NCBI RefSeq assembly: GCF_009914755.1
Contig: NC_060945.1
Length of the DNA: 64,000 nt
From: the human T2T-CHM13v2.0 reference genome, Homo sapiens
Reading direction: 5' to 3' (one strand)
A program made the position numbers and the translations under genes. Positions 15,406 through 34,028 of this stretch are shown here, one piece after another. Each line of letters begins with the position of its first letter. The first letter of the stretch is position 1. The notes under the pieces were generated by a model, which worked only from the letters and a program-made list of their open reading frames with translations, was not told where the DNA came from and did no database searches.

Positions 15406-15850
15406 TGTGTCAGCTTGAAAACAAAAGTTCATTCTTATGCTTCAAAGGAAGAGATTGTATTGAAGAAACTGCAAGTTGTGGCCAAAGTTAAGGAAACCAA
15501 CCAGGTGCAATTGAAGCTCCCAGGGATGAGCAGCTGTGGAAAGCCATGACCACCCTAGGCCTGATGGAGCCAGGGAGAACACCTGTGCCCTGAGAGCTGG
15601 GTCACTAGGTCACTGGCTGAGGAGGTCCACTGGGAGCCACAGCCGTGCAGCCACTGCCGGCACAGCTCTAGCAGGGGAGAGATACTCCAGGCTCTCTTTT
15701 GCCCTGCTGGTGTCTCCTGTTGGGAGAATCTGGCTGGAGCTCAGCTGCAGGAAGACCCTAGTGCAGCAGTCTGTTGGATTCAGACTGTTGGAACATAGCA
15801 CAGAGCAAAGGACGGAGTGTGATCAGGGAAGGGGTTGGAAGCATCTTTTC
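15406..15850 (-). mobile_element. LTR33-family (ERVL) LTR
   Basis: gttaaggaaaccaacc...cccagggatgagcagc...accaccctaggcctga...cacagagcaaagg matches reverse LTR33. Confidence 0.65.
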
Positions 15851-16139
15851 TCAAAATTTTCTCACTCAATACAGAATTGTTTCAAACGTTCATTCCTGTT
15901 GAGCATGGCTGTGATTCATTCATTTTTAAGTAGTTTAATATGCCACTGGGTACAAAGACCACAATGTATTAATCCATTCTCTTGTGGTTGGATGTCTGGG
16001 TTGTTTCTAGCTTTTTGGGTTTTTTTTGTTTTTTTTTTTTAGTTTTTACAATTATGAAAATGAATACTGTATGAAGGTTTCTGAGATAACGGAAAGAGGC
16101 CTTTGCCCACAACCAAGAGTGCCATCAAAGGTGGGAGAG

Positions 16140-16470
16140 ATGGGCATATGGTATATGCCTGCAACCCCAGCATTTTGGGAGGCTGAGGCAGCAGGATCAT
16201 TTGAGGCCAAGAGTTTGAGGTCAGCCTAGGTAGCCTACCAAAACTCTGTTTCTACAAAAACATTTTAAAACTTAGCCGGGCATGGTAACATGCGCCTCTA
16301 ATCCCAGTCTCCTTGGGAGACTGAGGCAGGAGGATGACTTGAGGCTAGGAGTTCAAGGCTGCAGTGAGCTATGATCGCGCCACTGCACTCCGGCCTTTGC
16401 TACAGAGCAAGAGCCTGTCTCTTAATAAATAAATAAATGAATGAATAAATAAATAAATAAATAAAATTAA
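16140..16470 (+). mobile_element. Alu (J-like) with TAAA tail
   Basis: Dimer, TSD aaa(g)gtgggaga. Confidence 0.85.
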
Positions 16471-16647
16471 ATAAAGTGGGAGATATCTCGTGCTTTTCCT
16501 CAGTCAGAGATGACCTAGCCACCTCACCTTGCTCTAGGTAGGATTAATTGACAAGGCAACGGATCTTGTTTTTTATTATGGTTAAGTATACATAACATAG
16601 ACATTTACCATTTTAACAATTTCTAGTGTATGATTCAGTGGCATTAA

Positions 16648-17010
<363 letters not shown>

Positions 17011-17939
17011 TGATTTTTAAACCAAGATCGCTCCCTGGAATTTTACATACATAATATGCTCCACTTGTCACAACCTCTTGATTTATTTATAAGAAAGGCA
17101 TTCACAGTTCTTGTGGAATTCACTTGAGAATGAGAGTACAAGTTTTTATTTTCATGTTTTTTTTCCAAGGAGTCCCCAAAGCATTAAAGATATAGTGAAT
17201 GGAAAGGAGGTCTTGGGCCTAGGAAGCAGAAGTTGATGATGCCAATTTTATCAGTCCCCAATTGAGAGACATTTGACTATTTTCAATTTCCATCATTACA
17301 AACAATTCTGCCATTAACATCTTTGTCTGTGTCTCCTTGAACTCTTGTACTTCTTTAGGGTAAACACTGAAGAATGGCATTGCCAGGACATAGGAAATAC
17401 CACATTTAATTTAATAGGTACTGCCAAATTTCCCTGTCGATTCTGAAAACTTCTGGAATGCTTAGATCAAGATCTCAATGTCTCAGTCACTGTCTAGGGC
17501 CCAGAAGATCTAAAAACATGTTTGGATAGGTGTTCCTAAAATACGTCATTTAGGTTATGTCTCTCCCAGGCCTGCTCGAGTTACTGGTACACAGATCTTT
17601 AATTCACTCAACAAGTGTTTATTGAATGTCTATTATGTGCTAGGGCTGTTCCAAGCTCTGAGGATGAAGAAGTGGGAAGAGGAGACAAGTCCCTCCAATC
17701 TAGTCGGGAAGGTGTATTCTCACTGTTTCACCTCAGGCTGTTCTCAAGTGTGTCTGATCCATAATAGGAACACAGTGTTCATGCATTCATGCTGGTCTTG
17801 CTTGGAAAAAGATCATCTTTCTTGGTTTTTTGGCTATAACAAATAGTTTGTATTAATAGTAGCCAAATTTTTAACTTTCCATCAAAATATGCCATGTCCA
17901 ATTTTGTCCATAATTATGTTAACTCAGGAGCTCAAAATT

Positions 17940-18845
<906 letters not shown>

Positions 18846-18848
18846 ATA

Positions 18849-20249
<1,401 letters not shown>

Positions 20250-20630
20250 AGAGCTTTTTGTCGGTTAAAAAAAAGGGAATTTCTTGGAGGGATTTAGGAA
20301 AGAGTAAAGGAGAGAGAGTGAGCATATGACAGCAAGGGATTGCAACAGATTCTTGTCTAGTGGCCTCCATCTCCTTGAATGCCTCCCAATTCATCCTTTA
20401 CAACATTTTTTTGGCAACTTGAAGATCTTTTCCTAGAACCTTTAATCCAAAAGGAGTTGCTACTCAGCCGACAGTGAGATGTCCATATTCAAATGCAGAG
20501 GCCACATTGCGGTTTAATTACAAACTTTTTTTGTGACATACTGTTCCCCTTGCCTGCAAAGGCATGGATTGTCAAGAGTTGACTGAAAAATGTTTTTTAG
20601 AAACCTTGCAAATTATCAGCAGATTAGTGA

Positions 20631-21078
20631 TGTAACAGAGTACCCCCATTTTTCTGATAAAGAACATGAGTTATTTTTAAAATGTTATTTTCTTTTCTCT
20701 TTCCTCCTTTTCCCCTGTTCCCCACTTCCTACTTATGTCTTTAGGAATGCAGTTATAACCTTGACCTTCCCTTCACCAGACACTCCCTACAGGGCGAGCT
20801 TATCTAACTGTGTGCTTACTTAGAAGCTCCAGAGCAGGAACTTTCTCCCACTGGGAGATTGCCTTGAGAGACAACAGTCAATTTACAACGTAACATGTGC
20901 CTGCAACAGAACCGTCTCCCACCTGGAGAGCATCTCGAGACAATGGCTACTTTACAACCTAGCTCTGCCCAATGGCGCCAGCTAGACCACCCGGTAGATA
21001 AGACACTGAAATGAGTCACGTAGTACCCGCACCTGCTTTCTCCCTTCCCTGCCTGCCATTCATGCCAAGTACCCCACA
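20631..21078 (+). mobile_element. ERV1-class LTR fragment (family uncertain, MER72-like)
   Basis: TG start tgtaacagagtaccccc; internal repeated ctcccac(c)tgg...gagacaa...tttacaac motifs. Confidence 0.55.
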
Positions 21079-22240
<1,162 letters not shown>

Positions 22241-22683
22241 CTAGCCCTTTGTTATGTGTGTCACAAAAATTTTCTCCCAATCTAACATTTCTCAGGTATT
22301 TGTTTACATAAGATCATATCAAGCCAGGTGAGCACCATTAGTCCTAGCTACTGGGGATGAAAGAGGCTGAGGCTCCTTAAGCCCAGGAATTGGAGACTGT
22401 ATTGAGCTATATGATTGCCCCACTGTACTCCAGCCTGGGTGACAGAGTAAGACCCCATTCTCTAAAATAGAAACAAACCATATAAAAGTTTAAATTGTTA
22501 TGAGGTCAAATACTCCTACCTTTTCTTTATGGCTTCTGAATTTATTATCTGGCAGAGGAAAGAAGGCCTTCTTCAATTCATAATCATAAAACTATTCTCC
22601 TATACTTTCCTCTGGTGCTTTTAGAGTTTTTCTACATTTGGATTGTTAAATCTGTCTGGAATTTATTTCTATGTGTGGTGTGA

Positions 22684-23159
<476 letters not shown>

Positions 23160-23224
23160 TGATTGGTATTGCATTACATCTTACACAGAAAAAAACGGAC
23201 ACCCTCAAATCGTTACTCCTTTCC

Positions 23225-23620
23225 CAATAGCAGAGTCATGGAATCAACCTAAGTGCCCATCAGCAGATGTCTGGATAAAGAAAATGTGGTACACATACAT
23301 TGTGGAATATTGCACAGCCATAAAAAAGGATGAAATCATGTCTTTTGCAGCAACGTGGATGAAGCTGGTGTCCATTATCCTAAGTGAAATAACTCAGAAA
23401 CAGAAAATCAAATAATTCGTGTTCTCACTTATAAGTGGGAGCCAAACTTGGGTACATATGGACACTGGGGACACCAAAAGAGGGGAGGGCACAACAGGTA
23501 TAACATCCACTGTTCTGGTGATGGGCACACACTAGAAGCCTAAACCTCACCATTACCCAGTACATTCCTGTAACAAATCTGCACATGTACTCCCTGAATT
23601 TACAAAGATTAAAAAAATAT
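23225..23620 (+). mobile_element. L1PB-like 3' end
   Basis: ggaatcaacctaagtgcccatca...ctggataaagaaaatgtggtac...gttctcacttataagtggga...ctgcacatgtac. Confidence 0.85.
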
Positions 23621-23624
23621 ATAG

Positions 23625-23920
<296 letters not shown>

Positions 23921-23943
23921 ATAAAAATAAAAATAAATATTAA

Positions 23944-24344
<401 letters not shown>

Positions 24345-25426
24345 AAAAACGCTCATTTTTGATACCAACCAAGAACCACAATGAGACCTGAAAATGTGCG
24401 AGAGCAGCGCACCCGTCCACCAAAGCACCTAGGCTCTGCCCATCCCGGTATCTAGGAGACTGCTTTATTCATATTAGCTCAATTAAGTTCGTTGAATTTA
24501 ATATTTCATTCATATTGTCTTTAAAAATAGATGAAATAAGGAGAACTGAAGCAGAAAGTGAGAAATCATGTGATGACCTTTAAGACTGTCTTAAATATAT
24601 TTCTTTTGAAAATCTAAATGGGCACTGGTGGAAATGACAATCTTGCACGTTTTAATATGCAACCACATCCTTACATAAAAACAGCCAAGCATGCAAGACT
24701 CCCAATCTTTCTTCTCTATGAATCATGCATAACAGATTAGTGTATTTTAAAATTCTCATACATAACTTCAATGTATTATTAGTATTTGTACATTTTTTAA
24801 ATTAGAATTTTCTAAGGAGTAACAACATTAAGTGCTTTTCAGAGATAACATTTGTAGTATAAAATTATATATAACTTTTTAATATAATTTGCAGTTATGG
24901 ATTAAATCTAAAACACAAAAGTAATCTTTCTTTACACTTAAGGATGTAAGGAAACACTGAGGGACTTAACAAAAGCCACTCTCTAACAAGACAGCACAGC
25001 CAGATTTTATGAGTACGAGTTACCCATTATAATGCTCAGCTTAAGGTTAAATTAAGTGTAGTTTCAAAGGCTTTCCTCAACACTATATATTGCTGTGAGG
25101 TGGTGGGAGGCGGGCAGGAATCTGCCAGGAATCTAGTAATTGTAGGTTCTGAAAATCACTCAAGAAAGAAAGCAGACGTTTATGGTGCACTAACTGCCAG
25201 GCCCCGCATCATCCACTCTGACCCTCTGGGTAAAGTATTATCGTCTCTTCAGTTAAGCCCATTACCTATATCCTTAGCCCCTTCTGTTGTCAGGTTACCT
25301 TCATTTGCAACCGAGAGGTGGTGGAATGGAGCTACAGATGATGGTCCCTTGCCCTGATGCCGATCCGCGTTCACCCCAGCGAGTGTCTCGTATCTTCGTG
25401 CCGTTTCTCTTCAATTCCATCACTAA

Positions 25427-25852
<426 letters not shown>

Positions 25853-25894
25853 GCTAATACGTAATTCTAAAGTGGAACTAGCCATGATGGAGAT

Positions 25895-25896
<2 letters not shown>

Positions 25897-25938
<42 letters not shown>
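25897..25938. repeat. (AT)21 microsatellite
   Basis: Read directly. Confidence 0.95.
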
Positions 25939-25946
<8 letters not shown>

Positions 25947-25949
25947 TAA

Positions 25950-26243
25950 TTTTTTTTTTCCCCTGAGACGGGGTCTAACTCTGTCGCCCATGCTGGAGTG
26001 CAGTGGTGCGGTTCAGTGCAACCTCTGCCTCCCAAGTTCCAGTGATTCTCCTGCCTCAGCCTCCGGAGTAGCTGGGATTACAGGCACCCGCCACCAGGCC
26101 CGGCTAATTTTTTTGTATTTTTAGTAGAGACAGGGTTTCACCATGTTGGCCAGGCTGGTTTCCAACTCCTGAGCCCAAGTGATCCACTTGCCTTGGCCTC
26201 CCAAAGTGCTAGGATTACAGGCATGAGCCACTGTGCCCTGCCG
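25950..26243 (-). mobile_element. Alu (Sx-like)
   Basis: Antisense dimer. Confidence 0.88.
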
Positions 26244-26520
26244 ATTTTTTTTTTCTTAATAGCAGCTTCTTTTAAAATTGAATTTGTATCCAATCCTGAG
26301 AAAATGTCCAATACTACAAAGGTAAATGAGCTTTTACTCCTAAATATTTGTTCTTATGCATTTTGTTCCTTTTCAGTTTTGTATTTGTAGATATTATTTT
26401 AAAAATATCCACTCTTATTTGCTTCCAAAAACGTTGATGGCTACTGGGACTGGTTGCCTGGTACAGGGGCTTCGGTATACTGTACTGTTGGCATGAGCAG
26501 TATTATCCCAAATAGAGTAA

Positions 26521-26815
26521 TTTTTTTTTTTCTGACAGTCTCGCTCTGTCGCCCAAGCTGGAGTGCAATGGCGCTATCTCGGCTCACCGCAACCTCCGCC
26601 TCCTGGGTTCACGCCATTCTCCTGCCTCAGCCTCCCAAGGAGCTGGGACGGCAGGCGCCCACCAGCACGCCCGGCTAATTTCTTTTTGTATTTTTAGTAG
26701 AGACGGGGGTTTCACCGTGTTAGCCAGGATGGTCTCAATCTCCTAACCTCGTGATCCGCCCGCCTCGGCCTCCCAAAGTGCTGGGATTACAGGCGTGAGC
26801 CACTGCGCCCAGCCC
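26521..26815 (-). mobile_element. Alu (Sc/Y-like)
   Basis: Antisense dimer, CpG-rich. Confidence 0.9.
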
Positions 26816-26973
26816 TTAATAATTATAAAAAAAAGTGTAATGGCCAAATTATGGTTTTGCCACACGATGAACTATTAAGCAAGTATTAAAACATTTTACA
26901 GTTAAGGAAAAACCCAAACATATGAAGAAAATTCACCCTAAAATAATTGCTTTTAGCTTCTGGGATTAAATGG

Positions 26974-27272
26974 TTTTTTTGTTTGTTTTTTGAGGCAGAG
27001 TCTTGCTCTTTCGCCCAGGCTGGAGTGCAGTGGCAGATCTTGGGTCACTGCAACCTCTGCCTCCTGGGTTCAAGTGATTCTCCAGTTTCAGCCTCCCAAG
27101 TAGCTGATACTACAGGCGCCCACCACAGACTAATTTTTGTATTTTAGTAGAGACGGGGTTTTGCCTTGTCGGCTTGGCTGGTCTCAAACTCCTGACCTCA
27201 AGCTCAAGTGATCTGCCCACCTTGGCCTCCCAAAATGCTGGGATTTCAGGCATGAGGCACCATGCAGGGCCC
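26974..27272 (-). mobile_element. Alu (S-like)
   Basis: Antisense dimer, TSD taaatggttt. Confidence 0.88.
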
Positions 27273-28265
27273 CTAAATGGTTTCTTACTTTATACTCTTT
27301 GAGGTTTTAAAAAATGTAATCCTAGCTTTCACGATCTTGAAATAAAAACAATTGTTACCAATTGATGAGCTGCTTCCCATCATCTTTTTAAACCTAATGT
27401 TTAGAAATTCTCAATTCTAATTCTCAAAATTACTTGGTGTTTCAACCAAGTATTTCTATTGCAAACTCATGGAACAAATGGAGATTGTGATAAGCAGATA
27501 CATCTTTAGGTCTATCTGTGTGGGTTAGCAGAGATTAGTTTTTAGTTTGACAATTCTTGTTTTAATGCGAAAAAGTCTAAATGTCTGACAAATTATATAT
27601 TCTTGAAATAAAATACTACACAGTGCTTACAAACGCTGTGTAAGTGTATTCACTGAAATGGGAGAAAGGTCACAGTATGATAAAGACTACAAAATAGGAT
27701 GTACAAGCATAGAATAGGATCTGAGAAAAATGCATCTTTAAATAGCTACTTAAATAGCTGTTTAAGTGAATTATGGGTGATTTTAGCTTGCCTGCAGTTC
27801 CTGAGTTTTTTTTCCAATGTGTATTAATTTCTCCCCTATGATGACACACATATTTCTCATCCCTGCATCTGTCCATCTCCCCAACCTCATCCCTAACCCC
27901 ACAAGACTTTTATACACATTTCCCAAACTGCTACAACAGAACAGAACTTCCCCCTGGGGCCTCCATGATTACCATGAATCCAAGTACTAAGTACCAAGAT
28001 CTGTGCCTTAAATCCTGATTAACCCACATTTGACGCACGTCAAGCTCAATCTCTGAGAAGTCAAGAGAATGCAGGGTTCTTGTTCACTAGTTTTTCTAAT
28101 CAACAAATTGCTGTCTGATAAGAAGTTCTCTTCCTTATACTTTTAGATGTCTGATATTGGTACAGCCAGTCAACCATTCTCATCACTCAAAAGTACTGTC
28201 GACTCTGTTTAAACGGCAAGATATTAACTTTCTGTACTGATCCCAGAAAACATGCCTCAAAGTGG

Positions 28266-28534
28266 CTTTTGAGACAAGATCTTTGTACCCCAGGCTGCAG
28301 TGCCATGACACAATCATAGCTCACTGCAGCCTTGAAATCCTGGGCTTGTGATCCTCCTTCTTCAGCCTCCTGAGTAGCTGGGACTACAGATATGCACCAC
28401 TATGCTTGGCTAATTTTTAAAATTTTTTGTAGAGACTGGGTCTCGCTGTTGCTCAGGCTGATTCTGAACTCAGGCTCAAGCAATCCTCCTACCTTGGCCT
28501 CCCACAGCACTGGTGTGACTGCCACATCCAGCCC
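28266..28534 (-). mobile_element. Alu (J-like)
   Basis: Antisense dimer. Confidence 0.82.
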
Positions 28535-28611
28535 CCAAGGTGGCTTAGTTAAAAAAAATTTTTTTTTTCCTTTGACAGTTGAAGTCAGTTTATCATAAAA
28601 ATATGTGTCCT

Positions 28612-28909
28612 GGCCAAGGCGTGGTGGCTCACGCCGGTAATCCCAGCACTTTGGGAGGCCGAGGCGGGCGGATCATGAGGTCAGGAGTTCGAGACCAGCC
28701 TGGCCAACATGGTGAAACCCAGTGTCTAATAAAAATACAAAAAAATTAGCCGGGTGTGGTGGCTCACGCCTGTAATCTTAGCTATTCAGGAGGCTGAGGC
28801 AAGAGAATTGCTTGAACCTAGGCGGCAAAGGTTGCAGTTAGCTGAGATCGCACCACTGCACTCCAGCCTGGGCGACAGAGTGAGACTCCGTCTCAGAAAC
28901 AACAACAAA
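28612..28909 (+). mobile_element. Alu (Sg-like)
   Basis: Dimer with AAC tail. Confidence 0.9.
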
Positions 28910-29826
28910 AGGTGTTCCTTCCTGTGGGTAGGATTTAAAAGAAAAAAAAAAAGGAAAATGGGCAGCCTTAGGGCTAGCAAACACCCAAGTAATCGGTCAG
29001 ATTTAACAAGGCAAGGCTCGCTCCAAAAAAACTGTAGAAAAGCCTAACGGAGTAGTTCAAGGCAGGATCTTAAAGTACTTCTGTTATGCTTTTCTACAAT
29101 GTTTTTGGTATTCTATAAGCCAAAACCCTTTACCTGTTTTAATTTGTAAGAAAAACTAGTGATTTCTTTAAATATATCATTACAACGAGTATTCAACGAT
29201 TAAGAAAATCTGTGATTTGAAAACATCTATTACCACCGTCCGGGGTGGGAAGGTTGGGGATGACAACTAACTAAACACTGGCAGATGGTTCTATGGTTAA
29301 AAGGCTTATCAAAAACTCATCTATTCTACCTATACTTCAGAGTTAAAGGCAAATCTGTTCATCACCGTTTCAGGCCTCCATCGTGTAATGACCAACAGCG
29401 CTCAGGTGGCTCCTAGTCCTTCCCCATCCCCCAAGGGTTATCAAAGCTTCTTTGCCGTCAGTTCATGACACATCACTATCCTCTGCATTTGCTTTTACTG
29501 TATCCTCACTATTCCCTATAAACTCTGCTCTGGCAGTCCGTGCAGAGATCTATGATCCCATAGGGCTTGTTTTTAAAGGATTCTTGCCTACTGATCAGCC
29601 CACAGGCAAAACAACACACCAAGTGTACAGAGGTTTAAATTCTGTTCCAAGGATCCCTATTTAGTGATAACCTCAACAAGGTCTGTTCTCCGGCCGTTTT
29701 CACTGTTGCCAAGTCAAGAGTTGCCCCACACCACCTCTGAAGACTATACTTAAGAGGGCAAAATGACAACAGAATGTATATGAAAGCAAATCTGGAAAAT
29801 ACATACCATACTAGATTTAGTTGTAG

Positions 29827-30108
<282 letters not shown>

Positions 30109-30237
30109 TATCTGTACTTTTTTTAACCTCATACGAAGAGTTAAGAATTACGTATTTGCTTTGATTCAAAGGATATTGGATTGTTTTTCCCTTAAACCAA
30201 TATAGTCAAGCAACTTCAAAGGACATAGATACTCAAG

Positions 30238-30537
30238 CAGTTATGTCTCAGGTATCAACCAACAATGAACCACATAATGGTCCCATATTATATACTGTAC
30301 CTTCTCTTTAGATACACAAGTACTTACCATTCTATTACAACTCCCTATAGTATTTACATAATAACATGCTGTACAGGTCTGTTGCCTAGGAGCAATAGGT
30401 TAAACCATACAGCCTACATAGGTAATAGGCTATGCCACTGAGGTTTGTGTAAGCACTCTGTATGATGTTCACGCAAGAAAACTGCCTAACAATGTGTTTC
30501 TTAGACTGTATCCAGTCAGTGGTGACCCATGACTGTA
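30238..30537 (+). mobile_element. Tigger3a/MER7-like DNA transposon remnant
   Basis: acatgctgtacagg...gcctaggagcaatagg...ggtttgtgtaag...catgactgTA. Confidence 0.8.
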
Positions 30538-30541
30538 TTAA

Positions 30542-30826
<285 letters not shown>

Positions 30827-30886
30827 TAAATAAAATTTAAACCAGAATTTAATCCATGTGCTTCAAAATATTTTCATAACTGAGAT

Positions 30887-30892
30887 TTTATT
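30887..30892 (-). terminator. HMGN1: HMGN1 polyadenylation signal AATAAA (cleavage ~30865)
   Basis: tttatt on plus strand about 780 nt after the stop codon; ATTAAA also at 30848-30853. Confidence 0.8.
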
Positions 30893-31669
30893 GGTTGAGG
30901 ATCAGTACAGACATTTCAATTTGTACACAAATCTTAACATACGTAACGAAATTCTAAAAAGCCATGTATTGTAATTCTTTTTTAAAGTTATTCCAGTGAC
31001 TTTCCAGCTTAAAATTTGGAAGCAAATTTTCCTTAAGAGGCTATCAAGTACCAGTATCTTCACGTTGGTCAGCTGTTACATACGGCCCACCAGTTCACAA
31101 CTCAATAGCACGTACACTACATGTTCAAATCTGTAATCTTTCACAGCACAGTAACAAAGTTATTAGGAAAACAGGACTACCACAACCAAAGATGTTACAG
31201 AGTGCACACAATTCTGGCAGAGAGAGCCATGATCAAAGAGTGGTTTTCTTTAGGAAACAATTCTACTAAAAAACAACATGGTAATAGAAGTAATTTAAAA
31301 TGTTCAAGACATTAAATGCAGGACTGACTCCATATTGCCATTTAATATGCTTTGTATTATAGGATATAAAAACTAACCCCCCATCTGTGGAATGTTAAGC
31401 TGACACCCGAGACAGTCAGAGCCTCCCATAATTCAATATCCCACACTATTTTCTGGTTGTACCAAAAAATAAACAACCAGCAAATGATTTCACCTCTTAA
31501 AAAAAAGCATTTACACTTAAAAAATGGGATGAGGTGGGATTCCCTCCTTCTTAAAAATGTTTCTAGAGCTACTAAAAAACTTGCATTTACAAAATAGTTG
31601 ATAAAAATATTCCTCTGGATTGTACAAGAAGGGAGACAGGGACCACTGATAAGACATGGTATATGGTTA

Positions 31670-31717
31670 TTAATCAGACTTGGCTTCTTTCTCTCCTGCT
31701 TCATCAGAGGCTGGACT
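31670..31717 (-). CDS. HMGN1: HMGN1 exon 6 coding part (SPASDEAGEKEAKSD*); 3' UTR extends to ~30865
   Basis: ctttcttttgcag acceptor, TAA at 31672-31670; total CDS 303 nt = 100 aa. Confidence 0.97.
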   Translation of the reverse strand, partial: SPASDEAGEKEAKSD

Positions 31718-31869
31718 CTGCAAAAGAAAGGAAATTGAGATCTTTAGCATTTAACACGTTGTCATTTTATTTATATGCAACTATCAGGTCTTTAAAAAAG
31801 TCAATAGCCTTTGTTATTTGTAAAGTCACCTACCTACTCTTGTTAAAAAACTTTTGTTAACCACCCCCT

Positions 31870-32416
31870 CACCCCAAATCAATACTTGCAGCCCTTCCAT
31901 GGTCATGTGCATGCATCTACAGAGCAGGAAAAAATGTTGAGTTGTATCACATGTACACTCCAAGCTGAGGTCACTCTGTCTTCTTGTTTCAGCTCTAATG
32001 CCGTAAACAACTGTTTTTCCGGTCTACTTAGTGCCACATATTTTACACCTTTGTGCTTTTTACTGATGATTTTGTTGTTTAAAATGGCCCCCACGCATCT
32101 TGTTCAAGTGCTATCTAATGTTGCTCAATTCAAGGCTGTGATGTGCCACACAGAGAACGTATGTGTTGGAGGGCTTTGTTCAGGTACAAATTACAGTGCT
32201 ACTGGGTAGTGAGTTCGATGTGAATTTAACATACATTAAGGCATGTCTAAACAGAAATACACATGTAACAAAGTCACGTATTTTCAGTTGATGAAAATGT
32301 TGTGATCAGAGGTTTGTAGGAACCCAATCCTGTACTTCCCCTATGTGAAAACGGTTTCATACTTGTGGCAGCCTTATATTAATAGAACACAGCTATAAAC
32401 AAGGGAAACCAACTGT
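31870..32416 (-). mobile_element. MER82 (Tigger family) DNA transposon in HMGN1 intron 5
   Basis: cttgtttcagctct...tttaaaatggccccc...gaaaatgttgtgatcagagg...aactgTA matches reverse MER82. Confidence 0.75.
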
Positions 32417-32530
32417 AATTTGGTAACATGTACTAGAAGGTCAAGTTCTTCCTTTAAAATCAGAACTAGATTAGCAATGTGATCTTATTATCACACAGTA
32501 TTTGATGTATGGTTAGAATTAAGTAGTACA

Positions 32531-32836
<306 letters not shown>

Positions 32837-33669
32837 GGAATTAGGAAGTACAAGAAGTACAAGTTAAAAAAATAAACTGTGATTATAAATTTCTTAACTT
32901 AGGAATAAGTAGTTTATAACTTAAGAATTTGATAAATATCAAATATAAACATCAAATACTTAAGTGATATCAAAATTTAAAAATCAATATACTAAATTAC
33001 TTATCTTTTCTAGCTTAGCTAATATAACAAACATAAAATAAAGGCCTGGCTTAACTGAATCTTGCAGTTCAGTTATTTTTTAAGAAACAGCTTCCAGGCT
33101 AGAGGAGTGCAGTAGTGCTCACAACAAATCAATCAAAACCTGTTACAGACTTCTTTGTTCCTTCTCTACTCCCACTGCTTCATTAATAAAAAAAAAAAGA
33201 CATCTTTTCCTCACAGCTTAAAACAATAAAGATTCAGCCTGGCTAACAGACACTGTCTCTAAGAATAAAGATTAATGACACTAGTCTTTTTATTTACTTG
33301 ATCTATGTTATTATTTAGACCTTTAAGAAAAATACAAACAAAAACATTTTCATTAGAAATGAAAGTGGGAAAAAAATGCCAGGAAAAATGCAAGTAAGGG
33401 GAATAAATTTTCAAAAATATATTTAAAAGCAACATCCAGAATATAAAAACAAAACAAAGATTGAATTATATCTGAAATTGAGCATATTAAAATTTCTTGC
33501 TCTTAAATAAGCCATTTACGTATTTACTTTCCAATAACATAAATCATAGAAAACCATTTGTCCAATCACTTTGGGATACCGTACAAAACTTTGTTCAATA
33601 TTATAATGAATACTGTTATCTGCTACAAAAAATGTACAATTTAGTATCTACTGTTCAGAGTCAAAGCAA

Positions 33670-33670
<1 letters not shown>

Positions 33671-33709
<39 letters not shown>
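33671..33709. repeat. (CA)19 microsatellite next to the HMGN1 exon 5 donor
   Basis: Read directly. Confidence 0.95.
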
Positions 33710-33711
<2 letters not shown>

Positions 33712-33716
33712 CTGAC

Positions 33717-33845
33717 CTCCTCAGTCTTCGTTTCCCCGTTTTCCGCAGGTAAGTCTTCTTTAGTTTCTTGGTTAGCCACTTCGGCCTGTTTTCCCTTTGC
33801 TCCCCTTTTCCCTTTTGTTTGCACTTTTTTGTCTGAAGATTTATC
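33717..33845 (-). CDS. HMGN1: HMGN1 exon 5 (DKSSDKKVQTKGKRGAKGK...ENGETKTEE)
   Basis: 129 nt, catag acceptor, GTCAGA donor. Confidence 0.97.
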
Positions 33846-33922
33846 CTATGATAGAATAAGAATATATTTTAAGTACATGCTTTACTCCTTATTTACATTT
33901 TGTTTTACTTTTTCCCCTTCAT

Positions 33923-34028
33923 GTCAGACAAGTAATGTGCCCAGTGGTGCTGACTTCATAGTAAGGTTTGAGAGAGGGACATCTCACACATGAGCGTGAA
34001 ACCCCAATCTTCAAGCTTATGAAAGGAT
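33923..34028 (-). pseudogene. U13 snoRNA (SNORD13)-derived retrocopy in HMGN1 intron 4
   Basis: Minus strand ATCCTT..TCATAAGC..GATTGGG..TGTGTGAGATGT..AACCTT..GGGCACATTAC..GTCTGAC is collinear with U13; box D intact, box C altered; A-rich tail, possible TSD ACAAAATG. Confidence 0.85.
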
